From Eledone cirrhosa (Eukaryota), in assembly GCA_964016885.1 (NCBI GenBank), contig OZ024742.1:29574001-29638000 (forward strand): a DNA stretch of 64,000 nt, written 5' to 3'. Below the pieces are notes generated by a model. That model was not told where the DNA came from, did not search any database, and saw nothing but the letters and a program-made list of their open reading frames with translations. Both the position numbers and the translations under genes were made by a program. Shown here piece after piece: positions 28,390-40,328 of the stretch (position 1 is its first letter; every line of letters starts with the position of its first letter).

Positions 28390-30242
28390 CTCCCGGGGAC
28401 CAGGCCGCACGATTTCCATGGGGGTGTTAGAGGGGTTGTCTGGTGGGTGGTGGTTTCCGGCGGGGTGGGGACGGAGATGTTTGGTGGGGAGGGGTGTATG
28501 ATGGGGTGCGGGTGTCTGGGCTGAGGGTGGGGAAACTTTTTAAAAGGACGTGGTTAATTGGTTTAACACAAGGATTACCCACGTCCTGGGGAAAGTTTTC
28601 CTTTAAAGACTTATAGGTGTCCGTAAGGACCCTAATCATCTTTAAATTAGGTTTGTCTATACAGTTCGAAAAAGTTTTCCCTTCGGTTTTCACCGAAGGG
28701 TCGTTGGAGATGACCTCCATTAAAGTTTTGTTTTTACTGTTTATGTATGTGTAATGTTCTTGTTGTGTTGCGTGGTTTTTGTCTGTTGTTCTTGTGGGAG
28801 CTTTCGTTTTGTTGTAGGTGTTTGTGTTTGGAGTGATGTCGTGGTTTTGTTTTCGGACGGGAGGTTTTTGTTTGTAATGTTTGTGTTGTTTGTGTTGGTG
28901 GTTGTATGTTTGTGTTGGGGGTTGTTGTCTTTTTGTTCTTGTCGTGTCTTTTCTTTTTTCTTTTCGAACGGAGAGGCTCTCTCTCATCGTCACTTGGTGA
29001 TGATGGGGGGACCTCGTCCGTTGTGGTGTCTGTGTTATTTGGAAGGGGTATGTTTTGGGGAGCTGTTGTGTTTCTGGGTGTTTTTGCAGTGGTTTTAGGT
29101 GGAGTGGGGTTGGGTGGGACTGTGCTTGCAGGTTGGTTTGTTGTTCTTGTTTTGGTTATGTTTGCGTGTTATTGTTGTTGTTGTTGTGGTGGTGGTGGTG
29201 GTTGTGTTGTTGTTTTGGGTGTTGGCAGTAGTGCCTCTTTTTTTTTAGTTAACTGAGGACAGTAAGCCTTCAGGTGACCACTGCTTAAACAGTGGTAACA
29301 TGAAGGCCGCCTACCCTCAACAGAAATGTTTATGTGTGAAATTCCATCCAGAGGCCCACGTTGGGGTATTTTAGCTATCCGTTCTGGCCTCATTTGGACC
29401 AGAACTTCCATGCTTGTACCATTGAATGTGCCTCTGAAGGACTTTCCCACCGAAATGATGGTGTCTTCGTCGAAATCGATGAAGCCAGTTAAAATCCACC
29501 AGGCGTTTACATTTGATGCAATGTTCGAATTTTTTTTATCTTTTGTGTCCTTTTTCCCATATATGTGGAGAAAAAGGTGTAAAGGGGGGACACAATCGGC
29601 GATACAGAATATTTTTGTGCCGTCAAATTCGTCTTTCAACAACACCAAAATGCTTCCAAAAAGTTTCCCTTTTTGGATGAAGACAATATCCTTCATGAAA
29701 TTCTTCAGAACCAGTTCAACGTCGTTTTTGGATAATTGAACTGGTTTTTTCGACACATTTGAAACCGTCCTAAAAATTATTGTTTTTAGAACAGTTTCTC
29801 TGCGTAACTGTTGAGGAGAAGTGATGCTCTCACCAAAAGTTACGTACTGTTTTGCATCGCTTAACATTTCCCTAGCATTGGAAATGTCAAGGTATGTGAA
29901 CAGTTCCGTCTTTTGGACGGTTTGAGCAAAGGAAATCTTTTCCTTGTTCGTGGAGTTGTTCGTGTTGCTGTTGTTGTTGGTGGTGTTGTTGTTATCATTG
30001 TTGCTGTTGTTGTTCTTGTTGTCATTATTGTTGTTGTTGTTGTTGTTCTGGTTAGTGTTGTTTATATTTTGCATATTATATGTGTTTGTGTTAGTGTTGA
30101 TGTTACAATCAACGTCCGACATCGTGTTTTCAAAACTGACGACATTTTCGATGTCTTTCAATGAGGTGATGAGAGCAGGTGACTGCGGGCTTAACACTCT
30201 TACCGCCTCTTCACCACTTCTAGTATTCAACGCAGCGTCCAT
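28390..30242 (-). pseudogene. Copy C ORF1, gag-like protein
   Basis: Asn-rich N-terminus, CYHCLSSGHLKAYC zinc knuckle, Pro/Thr/Gln-rich tail; frameshift near 29170. Confidence 0.85.
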
Positions 30243-30491
30243 GACTGAATGCAAGATTTGTTTACAATTTTTTCACCGACGAAATCTTTTTCCAAACGAA
30301 AATTTCACCCCAGGGAGGGGTGAAGATCACTTGACCCACCGTCTGAAAGTCCAGACGTGGGGTCAAGCTATAAAATAGTATTAAATTTAACAATACATTT
30401 TTGATTTCTTACTTAGAAAATCAACAAAAACTTACCAGCGAACTGGCGCACGTCTCAAGATACATACATACATAAGATTGAAAAGGTAAAC

Positions 30492-30577
<86 letters not shown>

Positions 30578-30810
30578 GTTTCTATTTATTTGTCACGAGG
30601 GCACAAAAGATGGGGACAAATACAAATGGGGAGGTTACATAAAGGAACGAGTAAAAAACAATGGCTGAAACAGGTAAAAGAGTAAAAGAGTAATACAGTC
30701 CTCAATAGGGAGGGGGCGTTTTGTGGGTTACACACAACCTCAAAAAGTGTGCAACCCTTTTCCTTAGGAGCACAGAGAGGGGGTGTTCCTTTGCACTTCC
30801 ACCTTTCCAA

Positions 30811-33800
30811 CTACAGGCTGATAAAGAGAGAAGGCCCATTCACACGGGCCATTCTCGCTACTTTCACACACCTTTCATAAAACTTGCTGGGGTAGAGCAC
30901 CTCTCTCTCCATTCTGAAAATGGTATTTAAAGAAAAGGACCAGTTGTTGGCCGGAGAGAAAGGTGTCCGACCTCAGCCCTTTCAAACGTGTCCACCATAC
31001 CACTTCTTTCACCATGGCTATTACACAGAGGAAGACCGCCTCTCCTTCATTTTTGAAGGGGGAGGCGGCTTGATCGTTACAGTGGACTCAGTGGTCAACC
31101 GGATTGGTCCCACCTGTGACAGCAGTCGTTCGACATAGCCCCACAGAGCGGCAACGCCCGAGCAGTGTACCAATGCGTGCGCAACGGTTTCCTTGTCGCG
31201 CACGCATCTGGGACAGATTTTTTCGAGGGGTCCCTACCCGGGCGCCCGTCTCTGTAGAGCTTTTCTCGAACTGGCAGCGCCCCTTGGTAGCACTGCCAGG
31301 CCAGGGACTTCTGGAAGTTGTCCATAGGTCCCGGGCCAAATGTCCTCCCGAATAGGCTGGCCAGTTCGTCTTCCTCCATGCCTAGGGCTTGTCCGAGGGC
31401 TTCGTCGTACCTACTAACCACCAGCCCTCTATAGAATGACGAGGTGGAGTCTCCACGGATAGTTTGGGTCCGCCTGCCAGAGAGCCGTGAGCGCCTGAGC
31501 ACACTCAGTGTGCCAGGTGTCCAGTTTTCTCGGTCTTTGCTGGACTGCAGCTCGGTGAGTGAGACGAGTCTCGGAAAGGCTCGCCTCACAAACGGGGCTC
31601 ACACCGGTTGACCGGTGAGGAATACCTGGAGGTGCCGTAGCCTTAATGCGAGTTTACGCATCAGCAGCCACGGCATCCCCAGCCCTCCTTTCGAAGGATG
31701 TTGACAACAGATGGATCTCCTCACCAAAGGAGCCCGCTTCTTCCAAAGGAATTGGCAGAGTGCGCGCTCCATTTTGGTGAGCGTTTCCCTTGGGCAAGGC
31801 ACGATGGTCAAGCGGTAATAGATGACGGACGCTATATAAGCGTTCGCCACCTCCGCTCGACTTTTCAGGGATAGTTTGCACTCAGCCCACTTCCGCGTCA
31901 GCGCAAACACTCTGTTCGATACCTCACCCCAGTTCTTCTCCAGCTGGAGGTCTGGCCCAAACCAGACCCCGAGCAACTTCACCGGGCCCTCCGTCCAACG
32001 TCCGACGACCCCGTTGGAGGCCATCGGTCTGCCCCTCCACTCGCCGAGTTGCAAACCGACTGACTTGTCCGGGTTAAGCTTAGCCCCTGTAAACGTTTCG
32101 TATTCCTCCAGGAAGGTGCCGATCACTCCGATTTCCGAGGCGGTTGACATCATTACTGTCACGTCATCGGCGTAGGCCGACACCGCTTTCTGCAATCCCG
32201 GTTCCAAAGGGATGCCCTGTAACAACTCCAACTTCCGCAGCAGTAGCTCTAGGGCCAATACATACAGAAGGGAGGAGAGAGGGCATCCCTGTCGGATAGA
32301 CCGCGTGATATCGAACGGCTCCGAGAGGTAGCCGTTCACCTTGACCCTAGAGCAGATGCTGCTGCTGTGCATTGCAATTGATCCAGCCCCTGAAAACGGG
32401 TCCGAAACCTGCCGCTACTAGCACCGCATCCAGGTAACGATGGTCGACCCTATCGAACGCTTTAGATTGATCCAAGTTGATCAGGGCCCCACCAAAGGCG
32501 GGTTCGTTCCCAACCCTTTCTATGATGTATCGCATGAGATGGAGGTTGTCGTGAATGGATCTGGACGGGATGGCGCATGTCTGCGCATCTCCCACCAGGT
32601 TGCCCACGACAAGCGCCAACCTCTTTGCTAACACCTTGGCCAAAATCTTTAACTCTGCATTTAACAGTGTTATGGGCCTAAAATTACTTATTTCATCCCC
32701 TTGATCTCGTCCTCCTTCACTAGCGAGACTACGCCCTTGGTCACAGAACAGGGATGTTTCCCGTTCTGTTGCCAGTTGCAGTAGACCGCTTCGAGGAGAT
32801 CGAAGAACAAGTCAGGCATACTTAAATACAATTCGTATGGAAGACCATCGAGGCCAGAGATTTGCGTCTGCCGCATTGGCTCAGTACGTCCCCTATTTCA
32901 GCAGCTGAGATCGGCCGCTCGCAGGACTTCGCCTCCTCGTCCAAAAGACGCGGCAGGCCGTCGATGTATGGAGCGAGGTCTATATCCCCATCCGGCCCCT
33001 CGTCCCTTCCGAACAATCGAGCAAAGTGCCTTTGAAAGGCCTCACACATCTGCTTACGTTCAAGGAGCACTCGTCCATCCTGGTCTCGCAAAGACCGGAT
33101 AGTGGATCTAGTCCCACTTTTGGCTTCTGTCACGCGGACCCAGCTAACTGTTGCTTGACTAGTCTACTTATCCGTTCACTGTAAGCTTTACGTGCCGGCA
33201 ACGACACGTTCAGCTTCCAATATCCGGGTCCTTGTTTATGTGTTCTATCACGGTTGACTAAGCAGACGACTAATTTATGATCTGAATAGGCAACTATGTG
33301 CATTCGTGGACAGCTTAACATTTCCTTGTCCCTTTCTCTAATGAAGAACCTATCTAAATACGATCTAGATGTCCCACTGAGGTTTGCCCACGTCCACTGT
33401 GGTGCAGTCGGGAAATCCAGTCGATACCTATCGGCCAGTTGGAATTGGCCGATTAAAGTTTTGAGGGTGTTGCACCCCGCTCTACTGGGACATACTCCCA
33501 CATAGTCCCATCGTGCATCTAGGATACCATTCCAGTCCTCCACTAAAAGTAAGGAGCGAGACGTTCCCAGAAAGGACTCTAGACGCTTAAAGACGTCTGG
33601 CCATGATTGCGATTGCCCGGTCGGGGCATAAACAGAAGGCTCCACCTCCAATACTGTTTACGTCTAGGACTACCAGTCTACCCTCCGGGTCCAAGTGTAC
33701 TTGCTGTACTTCGACGTCCAGGTTCTTCCGAAACATAACAACCACTCCACCCCCACCTCCTGGCTGACAGAGAGATGCGTAGATCTCAAAGTCGTCGAAG

Positions 33801-33952
33801 ATGGGGGTTAGTTGCTGCCTGTTGTGGATCCTGGACTCCGTGATGGTTATCACATCCATACCGTGTGACCTAAGGTCGTTTAAAAGTTGGCCCTGTTTCC
33901 AGGACATCCCTAGGCTACGCACATTCACGCTTCCAACTCGTAAACTAGCCAT
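30811..33952 (-). pseudogene. Copy D ORF2 (APE-RT-CCHC)
   Basis: MASLRVGSVNVRSL, SRSYLDRF, SDHK, DQSKAFDRV, QGCPLS, YADD. Internal deletion near 33135 relative to copy C. Confidence 0.93.
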
Positions 33953-34008
33953 GTTGGTGAAGAAGAGTTGGAGAAAAAAGGCGAAAGGTGCACTTACCTT
34001 TTCGTTTC

Positions 34009-35896
34009 CTAGAGATCGGGTTGTTCAATCTCCATTTGGGTGCTGGATGGGGTGTTGGGTGAGGTGGGGAAACATTTTAACAGGGCGCGGTTAATGGGTT
34101 TCTGGCAGGGTTTGCCCACGTCCTGTGAAAATTTATTTTGTAGGTCATTATAGGTTTCCATAGAAACCCTTATAAGTTTAAGGTTTGGAGACGATTCTGC
34201 CTTGACGAAAGTTTTGCCCTCCGTCTCCACCTTGGGGTTTTGGGAGATGACCTCCATCAAATTCTTGTTGTTTGTGTTTTTGTTGTGTTGTTTTAGTTTG
34301 TTGTTCGTCCGGGAGTTTTCTTTTTATGGTGAGTGCTTGTGTTTCGGGTGGTGTTGGTGCTGGTTTTGCTGATAGGTGGATGTTTGACTGTGGTGTTGTT
34401 TGTGTTGTTGTTTGTGTCTGTGGTTGTGTGTTGGTGTTGGTGATTGGAGTTTTTGGGGTTTTGTGGTGTCTCTTTTTTTGTTTTTTGGATTTCCGCGATT
34501 CTCCCTCTTCTTCACTTAAAGAAGGAGAAGCAGCTTCATCCATCGATGAATAATCATCGTCAGGTGTGTGGGGTAAGGGTACGTTGTGTGGTGGTGGTGT
34601 TTCGGTGTGTGTGTTTGTGGTAGTGTTTGATGGAGTGGGATGGAGTGGGGCTGTGTTCTTCAGGGGTGTTGTCTCTGTTTTTTCTGTTGTAGTTGGTTGA
34701 GTGTCTGTTTGTTTTGGTGTGGTTGCTCGTTTCGTCTGTCGTTGTACTTGTGGTGGTGGTGGTTGTTTTGGTGTTGGTGTTGGCAATAGCGTTTTTTTAT
34801 GATGTTGTTGTTGTGTGTTTGTGGACAAGAGGCTTTTAGGTGTGCTGTGCTACCACAGCGAAAGCAATGAAATTTTCGTCCTTCTACCAAAATGTTTATT
34901 TTGTTGTTATTATCGATAACGACTCTTTCGGGTATTTTGGAGATTCTCTCCGGTTTCATTTTGTACATAATTTCCAAATCTGTGCCCGCCTACCTTTGTC
35001 GAATAGATTTTCGTATCGAAAGTATCATATCTGTTTCTGGCTCTACGAAGCCAGCCAAGATCCACCAGATGTTAATGTTTGGAGGTATGTTTTTTATTTT
35101 TATTTTGTGTGTTTTTTTTCCCATGTATGTAGGGAAAAAGGTGTATGGTTTTGACACCATTGGTGTCACAGAGTTTTTTGGGCGAGTGCCTCGCTTTTAA
35201 ACAGTACGGAAACACTTCCGTACTGTTTTCCTCGCTGGAGAAAATCGACATTTGCTAGAATTTCCTTGAAAGTATCTTCTATATCTGCTTGGTTAACAAA
35301 TGTCGGCTTTCTTGTGGAATTTGACACAGTCCTAAAAGTGACTGATCTGCGGATTGTGTCTTCATTTATTTCAAGGGGTGAGTTAATTCTAAACCCACCT
35401 CTTTCTTCGAAAGTTACACATTTTCTCCCTTGCTGGAGCATATCTCTCTTGCGTTGGAGATATCAAGATTTATAAAATCTTGCTTTCTGTTCACTGTTTC
35501 AGCGAAAGACATTTTCTTTTTTTGTGTGGTGTTGCTGTTGTTGTTGTTGTTATCGTTGTTGGAAATCTCAGTTCCTTGTCGAGGTGAAACATTATGTGTA
35601 TATGTATCTGTAGAGTTGTTGATGTCTTTTTCATGTATGTTAATGGGTTTAATTCCTGTGTTTTCCTGTGTGTTATTGTTATTTTTCTCGGTTTCGACGG
35701 AAGAAATTTTAAAATTTTCAAGTGTTAATATTTTTTTTTCTTTGTTGACACTTGTATCTATGGCGACGTCCATAGTAGCAGAAGCAGATATAACGTCAAT
35801 ATCTGCCTCTTTCTCTCTCTTTTCTCTATTAACGTTCTCCAGCGTTCTTGTGTTGCTCAAGTTATTTAGTTTGTAAAATCTGATATTTTGAAACAA
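34009..35896 (-). pseudogene. Copy D ORF1, gag-like protein
   Basis: CFRCGSTAHLKASC knuckle, with SFAETV, FRTVSN and EGKTF blocks shared with copy C ORF1. Start position uncertain. Confidence 0.82.
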
Positions 35897-36081
35897 ATTT
35901 TTAAAATAAAATTTTCGCCCCTGCAGGGGCGAAAAATGGGATTACCACCCAGCTGACAATTCAGCTTAGGGGTTAATCTACAAAGTGTTATGTTTTTTCA
36001 AACAATTAGTTCGGTTTTTTGCATAGAAATTAACAAAAAAGCTTACCGGCGATGTTCCACGCGTCAGACAGAAAGAGAGAG

Positions 36082-36174
<93 letters not shown>

Positions 36175-36175
<1 letters not shown>

Positions 36176-38235
36176 GTTTCTTTTATTTGCCACTAGGGCA
36201 TCAAAAGTGGGACAAGTACAAAGGGGGGAGTTTACACAAAAAGGCGTCCTCAATAAGGAGGAGGCAATAACAAAATATAAAAATAAAATAAGATATAACA
36301 AAAAATAAAATTTTTAACAAAATCCTCAATAGAGAGGAGGCGCCTTGGGGGGTCGCACACACCCCCGAAAAAAGTGTACAACCCTTTTCCTCAGGAGCAC
36401 AGAGAGGGGGTGCTCCCTCGTTCCTTCCTCTTTTCCACCTACAGGCTTATGTAAAGAGAAGGCCCATTCACACGGGCCATTCTCGCCACTTTCACCCACC
36501 TTTCATAAAAACGACTGGGGTGCAGCACCTCTCTCTCCATCCTGATCCTTCTTCCGAAATGAAATCGGAAGAAACGGACCAGTTGTTGGCCAGAGAGAAA
36601 GGTGCCTGACCTCAGTCCTTACAGACGCGTCCACCATACAACCTCTTTCGCCATGGCTATTACGCACAGAAACACCGCCTCTGCTTCATCTTTGAAGGGG
36701 GGAGGCGGCTTGATCATTACAATAGACTCGGTGGTCAACCGGATCGGTCCCACCCTTGACAGCAGTTGTTCGACATAGCCCCACAGATCGGCTACGCCCG
36801 AGCAGTGTACCAATGCGTGTGCAACGGTTTCCTCGTCGCACACGCATCTGGGACAGATCTTTTTGGCGGGGTCCCTACCCGGGCGCCCGTGTCTGTAGAG
36901 CCTTTCTCGAACGGGTAAAGCCTCTCGGTAGCACTGCCAGGCCAGGGACTTCTGGAAGTTGTCCATAGGTCCAGGGCTGAATGTCCTACCGAACAGGCTG
37001 GCCAGTTCGTCCTCCTCCATGTCTAGGGCTTCTCCGAGGGCGTCGTCGCACCTGCTGCGTACCAGCCCTCTATAGAATGTTGCGGTGGAGTCTCCACTGA
37101 TAACCGGATCCGCCTGCCAGAGGGCGGTGAGCGCCTGGGCACACTCAGTGTGCCAGGCGCCCAGTTTTCTCGGTCTTTGCTTGACCCAGGATTGCAGCTC
37201 GGTGAGTGAGACGAGTCTGGGAAAGGTTCGTCTCACAAACGAGGCCCACACCGGTTGTCCGGTGAGGAATACGTAGAGGTGCCGTAGCCTTAATGCGTGT
37301 TTACGCATCATTAGCCACGGCATCCCCAGCCCTCCTTTCGAAGGGTGTTGACAGCAGATGGATCTCCTCACCATAGGAGCCCGCCTCTTCCAAAGGAATT
37401 GGAAGAGCGCGCGCTCCATCTTGGTGAGGGTTTCCCTTGGGCAGGGCACTACGGTCAGGCGGTAGTAGATGACGGACGCTATATAAGTGTTCGCCACCTC
37501 CGCCCGACCTTTCAGGGATAGTTTGCAACTGGCCCACTTCTGGGTCAGTGCAAACACCCTGTTCGTAACCTCCGCCCAGTTTTTCTCCACCTGGAGGTCC
37601 GGTCCGAACCAGACCCCGAGCAACTTCACCGGGCCCTCCGTCCAGCGTCCGACGACGCCATCAGAGGGCATCGGTCTGCCCCTCCACGTGCCGAGTTGCA
37701 AACCGATCGACTTGTCCCGGTTCAGCTTAGCCCCTGTGAACTTTTCGTACTCCTCCAGTAAGGTGCCGACCGCCTCGATTTCGGAGGCCGTCGACACCAT
37801 TACTGTCACATCATCGGCGTAGGCTGACACCGCTTTCCGCAATCCCGGTTCCAAAGGGATGCCCTGCAACAACTCCAACTTCCGCAGTAGTGGCTCGAGA
37901 GTCAACACATACAGAAGGGAGGAGAGAGGGCACCCTTGTCGGATGGACCGCGCGATTTTGAACGGCTCCGAGAGGTAGCCGTTCACCTTGACCCTAGAGC
38001 AGATGCGGCTGCTGTGCATAGCAGTGATCCAGCCCCTGAAAACGGGTCCGAAGCCTGCCGCCGCTAGCACCGCATCCAGGTAACCATGGTCGACCCTATC
38101 GAACGCCTTAGATTGATCCAAGTTGATCAGAGCCCCACCAAAGCCGGGTTCGTTCCCAACCCTCTCTATGATGTATCGCATGAGGTGGAGGTTGTCATGG
38201 ATGGACCTGGACGGGATAGCGCATGTCTGCGCATC
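36175..38235 (-). mobile_element. Tx1-like copy E, 5'-truncated within RT, fused directly to the 3' UTR of copy F
   Basis: Own 3' UTR with AATAAA next to (GATA)n; junction gcatc/ccacagggggcacaag at ~38235. Confidence 0.93.
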
Positions 38236-38268
38236 CACAGGGGGCACAAGAGAAGGGGACAAATACAA
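36619..38268 (-). CDS. 549-aa open Tx1 ORF2 segment (most of RT plus zinc finger), chimeric N-terminus
   Basis: DQSKAFDRV, QGCPLS, YADD, CPRC..HALVHC. The first ~11 codons derive from copy F's 3' UTR. Confidence 0.75.
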   Translation of the reverse strand: MYLSPSLVPPVDAQTCAIPSRSIHDNLHLMRYIIERVGNEPGFGGALINLDQSKAFDRVDHGYLDAVLAAAGFGPVFRGWITAMHSSRICSRVKVNGYLSEPFKIARSIRQGCPLSSLLYVLTLEPLLRKLELLQGIPLEPGLRKAVSAYADDVTVMVSTASEIEAVGTLLEEYEKFTGAKLNRDKSIGLQLGTWRGRPMPSDGVVGRWTEGPVKLLGVWFGPDLQVEKNWAEVTNRVFALTQKWASCKLSLKGRAEVANTYIASVIYYRLTVVPCPRETLTKMERALFQFLWKRRAPMVRRSICCQHPSKGGLGMPWLMMRKHALRLRHLYVFLTGQPVWASFVRRTFPRLVSLTELQSWVKQRPRKLGAWHTECAQALTALWQADPVISGDSTATFYRGLVRSRCDDALGEALDMEEDELASLFGRTFSPGPMDNFQKSLAWQCYREALPVRERLYRHGRPGRDPAKKICPRCVCDEETVAHALVHCSGVADLWGYVEQLLSRVGPIRLTTESIVMIKPPPPFKDEAEAVFLCVIAMAKEVVWWTRL

Positions 38269-39711
38269 AGGGGGAAGTTTACATACAATAAAAACGTGTA
38301 AAATGTTATCACAAATGCAATTTAAAAAATTAGTCGATTTTCCCCAATAGGGGGAGACAGTTCATATGGGTAACACATACCCACGAAAGAATGTGCAACC
38401 CTCATCTCGAGGAGTACGAAGAGTTTGTACTCCTTTCCTCTCCTCCTCCTTTTCCTCAACCTACTGGCTGATATACAGAGAAGGCCCATTCACTCGGGCC
38501 ATTCTCGCCACTTTCACCCACCTTTCATAAAACTTGCTGGGGTACAGCACCTCTCTCTCCATCCTGATTCTTCTTCCAAAGTGGTATTTGAAAAAAAGAA
38601 TCCGTTGTTGGCCGGAGAGAAAGGTGTCTGACCTCAGCCTTTTCAACCTTGTCCACCATACAACCTCTTTCGCCATAGCTATCACACAAAGGAAAACCGC
38701 CTCTCCTTCGTTTTTGAAGGAGGGTGGCGGTTTGATCATGACAATGGACTCGGTGGTCAACCGGATTGGTCCCACCCGCGACAATAGTCGTTCTACATAG
38801 CCCCACAGGTCAGTGACGCCCGAGCAGTGTATGAATGCGCGACGGTTTCTTCGTTACGCACGCACCTCGGACAGATCTTTTTTGCAGGGTCCCTGCCCGG
38901 GCGCCCATGTCTAGAGCTTGTCTCGAACTGGTAGAGCTCCTCGGTAGCACTGCCAGGCCAGGGACTTTTGGAAGTTGTCCATCGGTCCCGGGCGGAAGGT
39001 CCTACCGAACAGACTGGCCAGTTCATCTTCCTCTACGCCTAGAGTTTCACCGAGCGCGTCGTCGCACTTGCTGCGGATCAACCCTCTATAGAATGACGAA
39101 GTGGAGTCTCCACTGATCGCCGGGTCCGCCTGACAGAGGGCTCTGAGCGCCTGAGCACATTCGATGTGCCAGTCGCCCACTTTCCTCGGTCTTTGCTTGA
39201 CCCAGGACTGCAGCTCGGTCAGCGAGACGAGTCGTGGGAAGGCTCGCCTCACGAACGGGGCCCACACCGGTTGTCCGGTGAGGAATACGTAGAGATGCCG
39301 CAGCCTGAGCGCGTGTTTGCGCATCGTCAACCACGGCATCCCCAGCCCTCCGTTAGAAGGGTGTTGGCAGCAGATGGATCTTCTCACCAAAGGAGCCCCC
39401 CTCTTCCAAAGGAGTTGGAAGAGCGCGCGCTCCATTTTAGCGAGCGTTTTGGCTGGACAAGGCACGACGGTCAAGCGGTAGTAGATGGCGGACGCTATAA
39501 AAGTGTTCGCCACCTCCGCTCGACCTTTCAAGGATAGTTTGCACTCGGCCCACTTCTGGGTGAGTGCAAACACCTTGGCCGTCACTTCGTTCCAGTTCTT
39601 CTCCACCTGGAGGTACGGACCAAATCAGACCCCGAGCAGCTTTACCGGTCCTTCCGTCCAGCTTCCGACGACGCCATCGGAAGGCATCGGTTTGCCTCTC
39701 CACGATCCGAG
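38235..39711 (-). mobile_element. Tx1-like copy F, 5'-truncated, same subfamily as C and A; 5' end abuts (GATA)n 39709-39786
   Basis: Aligns with 24859-26336 at high identity. Confidence 0.93.
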
Positions 39712-39720
39712 ATAGATAGC

Positions 39721-39786
<66 letters not shown>

Positions 39787-40267
39787 TTTAATAACTATGC
39801 TGTTATTTATGTACAAATGTTTCGTTGGTTGGCTATTTTAGATATAAATCCTTAGCCTGTGTTAACAACATTACAAAAATGGTTTCAATACAGTCGAAGG
39901 ATTTAGAGCCTGTCTCAGATAAATCTAAAATAGACATCCCAAGAAATGATTGTACCTAAATAACAGCATATTTATTGTAATAAATATCTCTAACCACACC
40001 TCTTCCCATGGACTGATGGCTCTCCTAACTCTGGAGATTCATCGCCAAATTAGACAACACACACTCTCTCTATCTAGCTCTCTCTCTCTCTATATATATA
40101 TATTTATATATATATATAAAGAGAGAGAGAGAGAGGGAGAGAGAGAGAGAGAGAGAGAGAGGGATAGAGAGAGAGAGAGAGAGTGTGTGTGTGTTTGTTG
40201 TCTAATTTGGCAAGAAATATCCAAAATTAGGAGGGTAATCACGTTCTGTCTGTCTATCTCTCATTCA

Positions 40268-40328
<61 letters not shown>

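Larger units (their letters stand above)
24843..30457 (-). mobile_element. Full-length Tx1-like (L1 clade) non-LTR retrotransposon copy C, frameshifted
   Basis: ORF1 with CCHC knuckle, ORF2 with APE-RT-CCHC, structured 5' UTR, and AATAAA followed by (ATCT)n. Confidence 0.95.
30576..36066 (-). mobile_element. Full-length Tx1-like retrotransposon copy D (different subfamily), frameshifted and partly deleted
   Basis: Same architecture as copy C; bounded by (GATA)n 30493-30575 and 36083-36174. Confidence 0.95.

Noticed and set aside
25155-39715. Plus-strand ORFs overlapping the Tx1 elements
   Set aside because: These are antisense shadows of GC-rich coding sequence.
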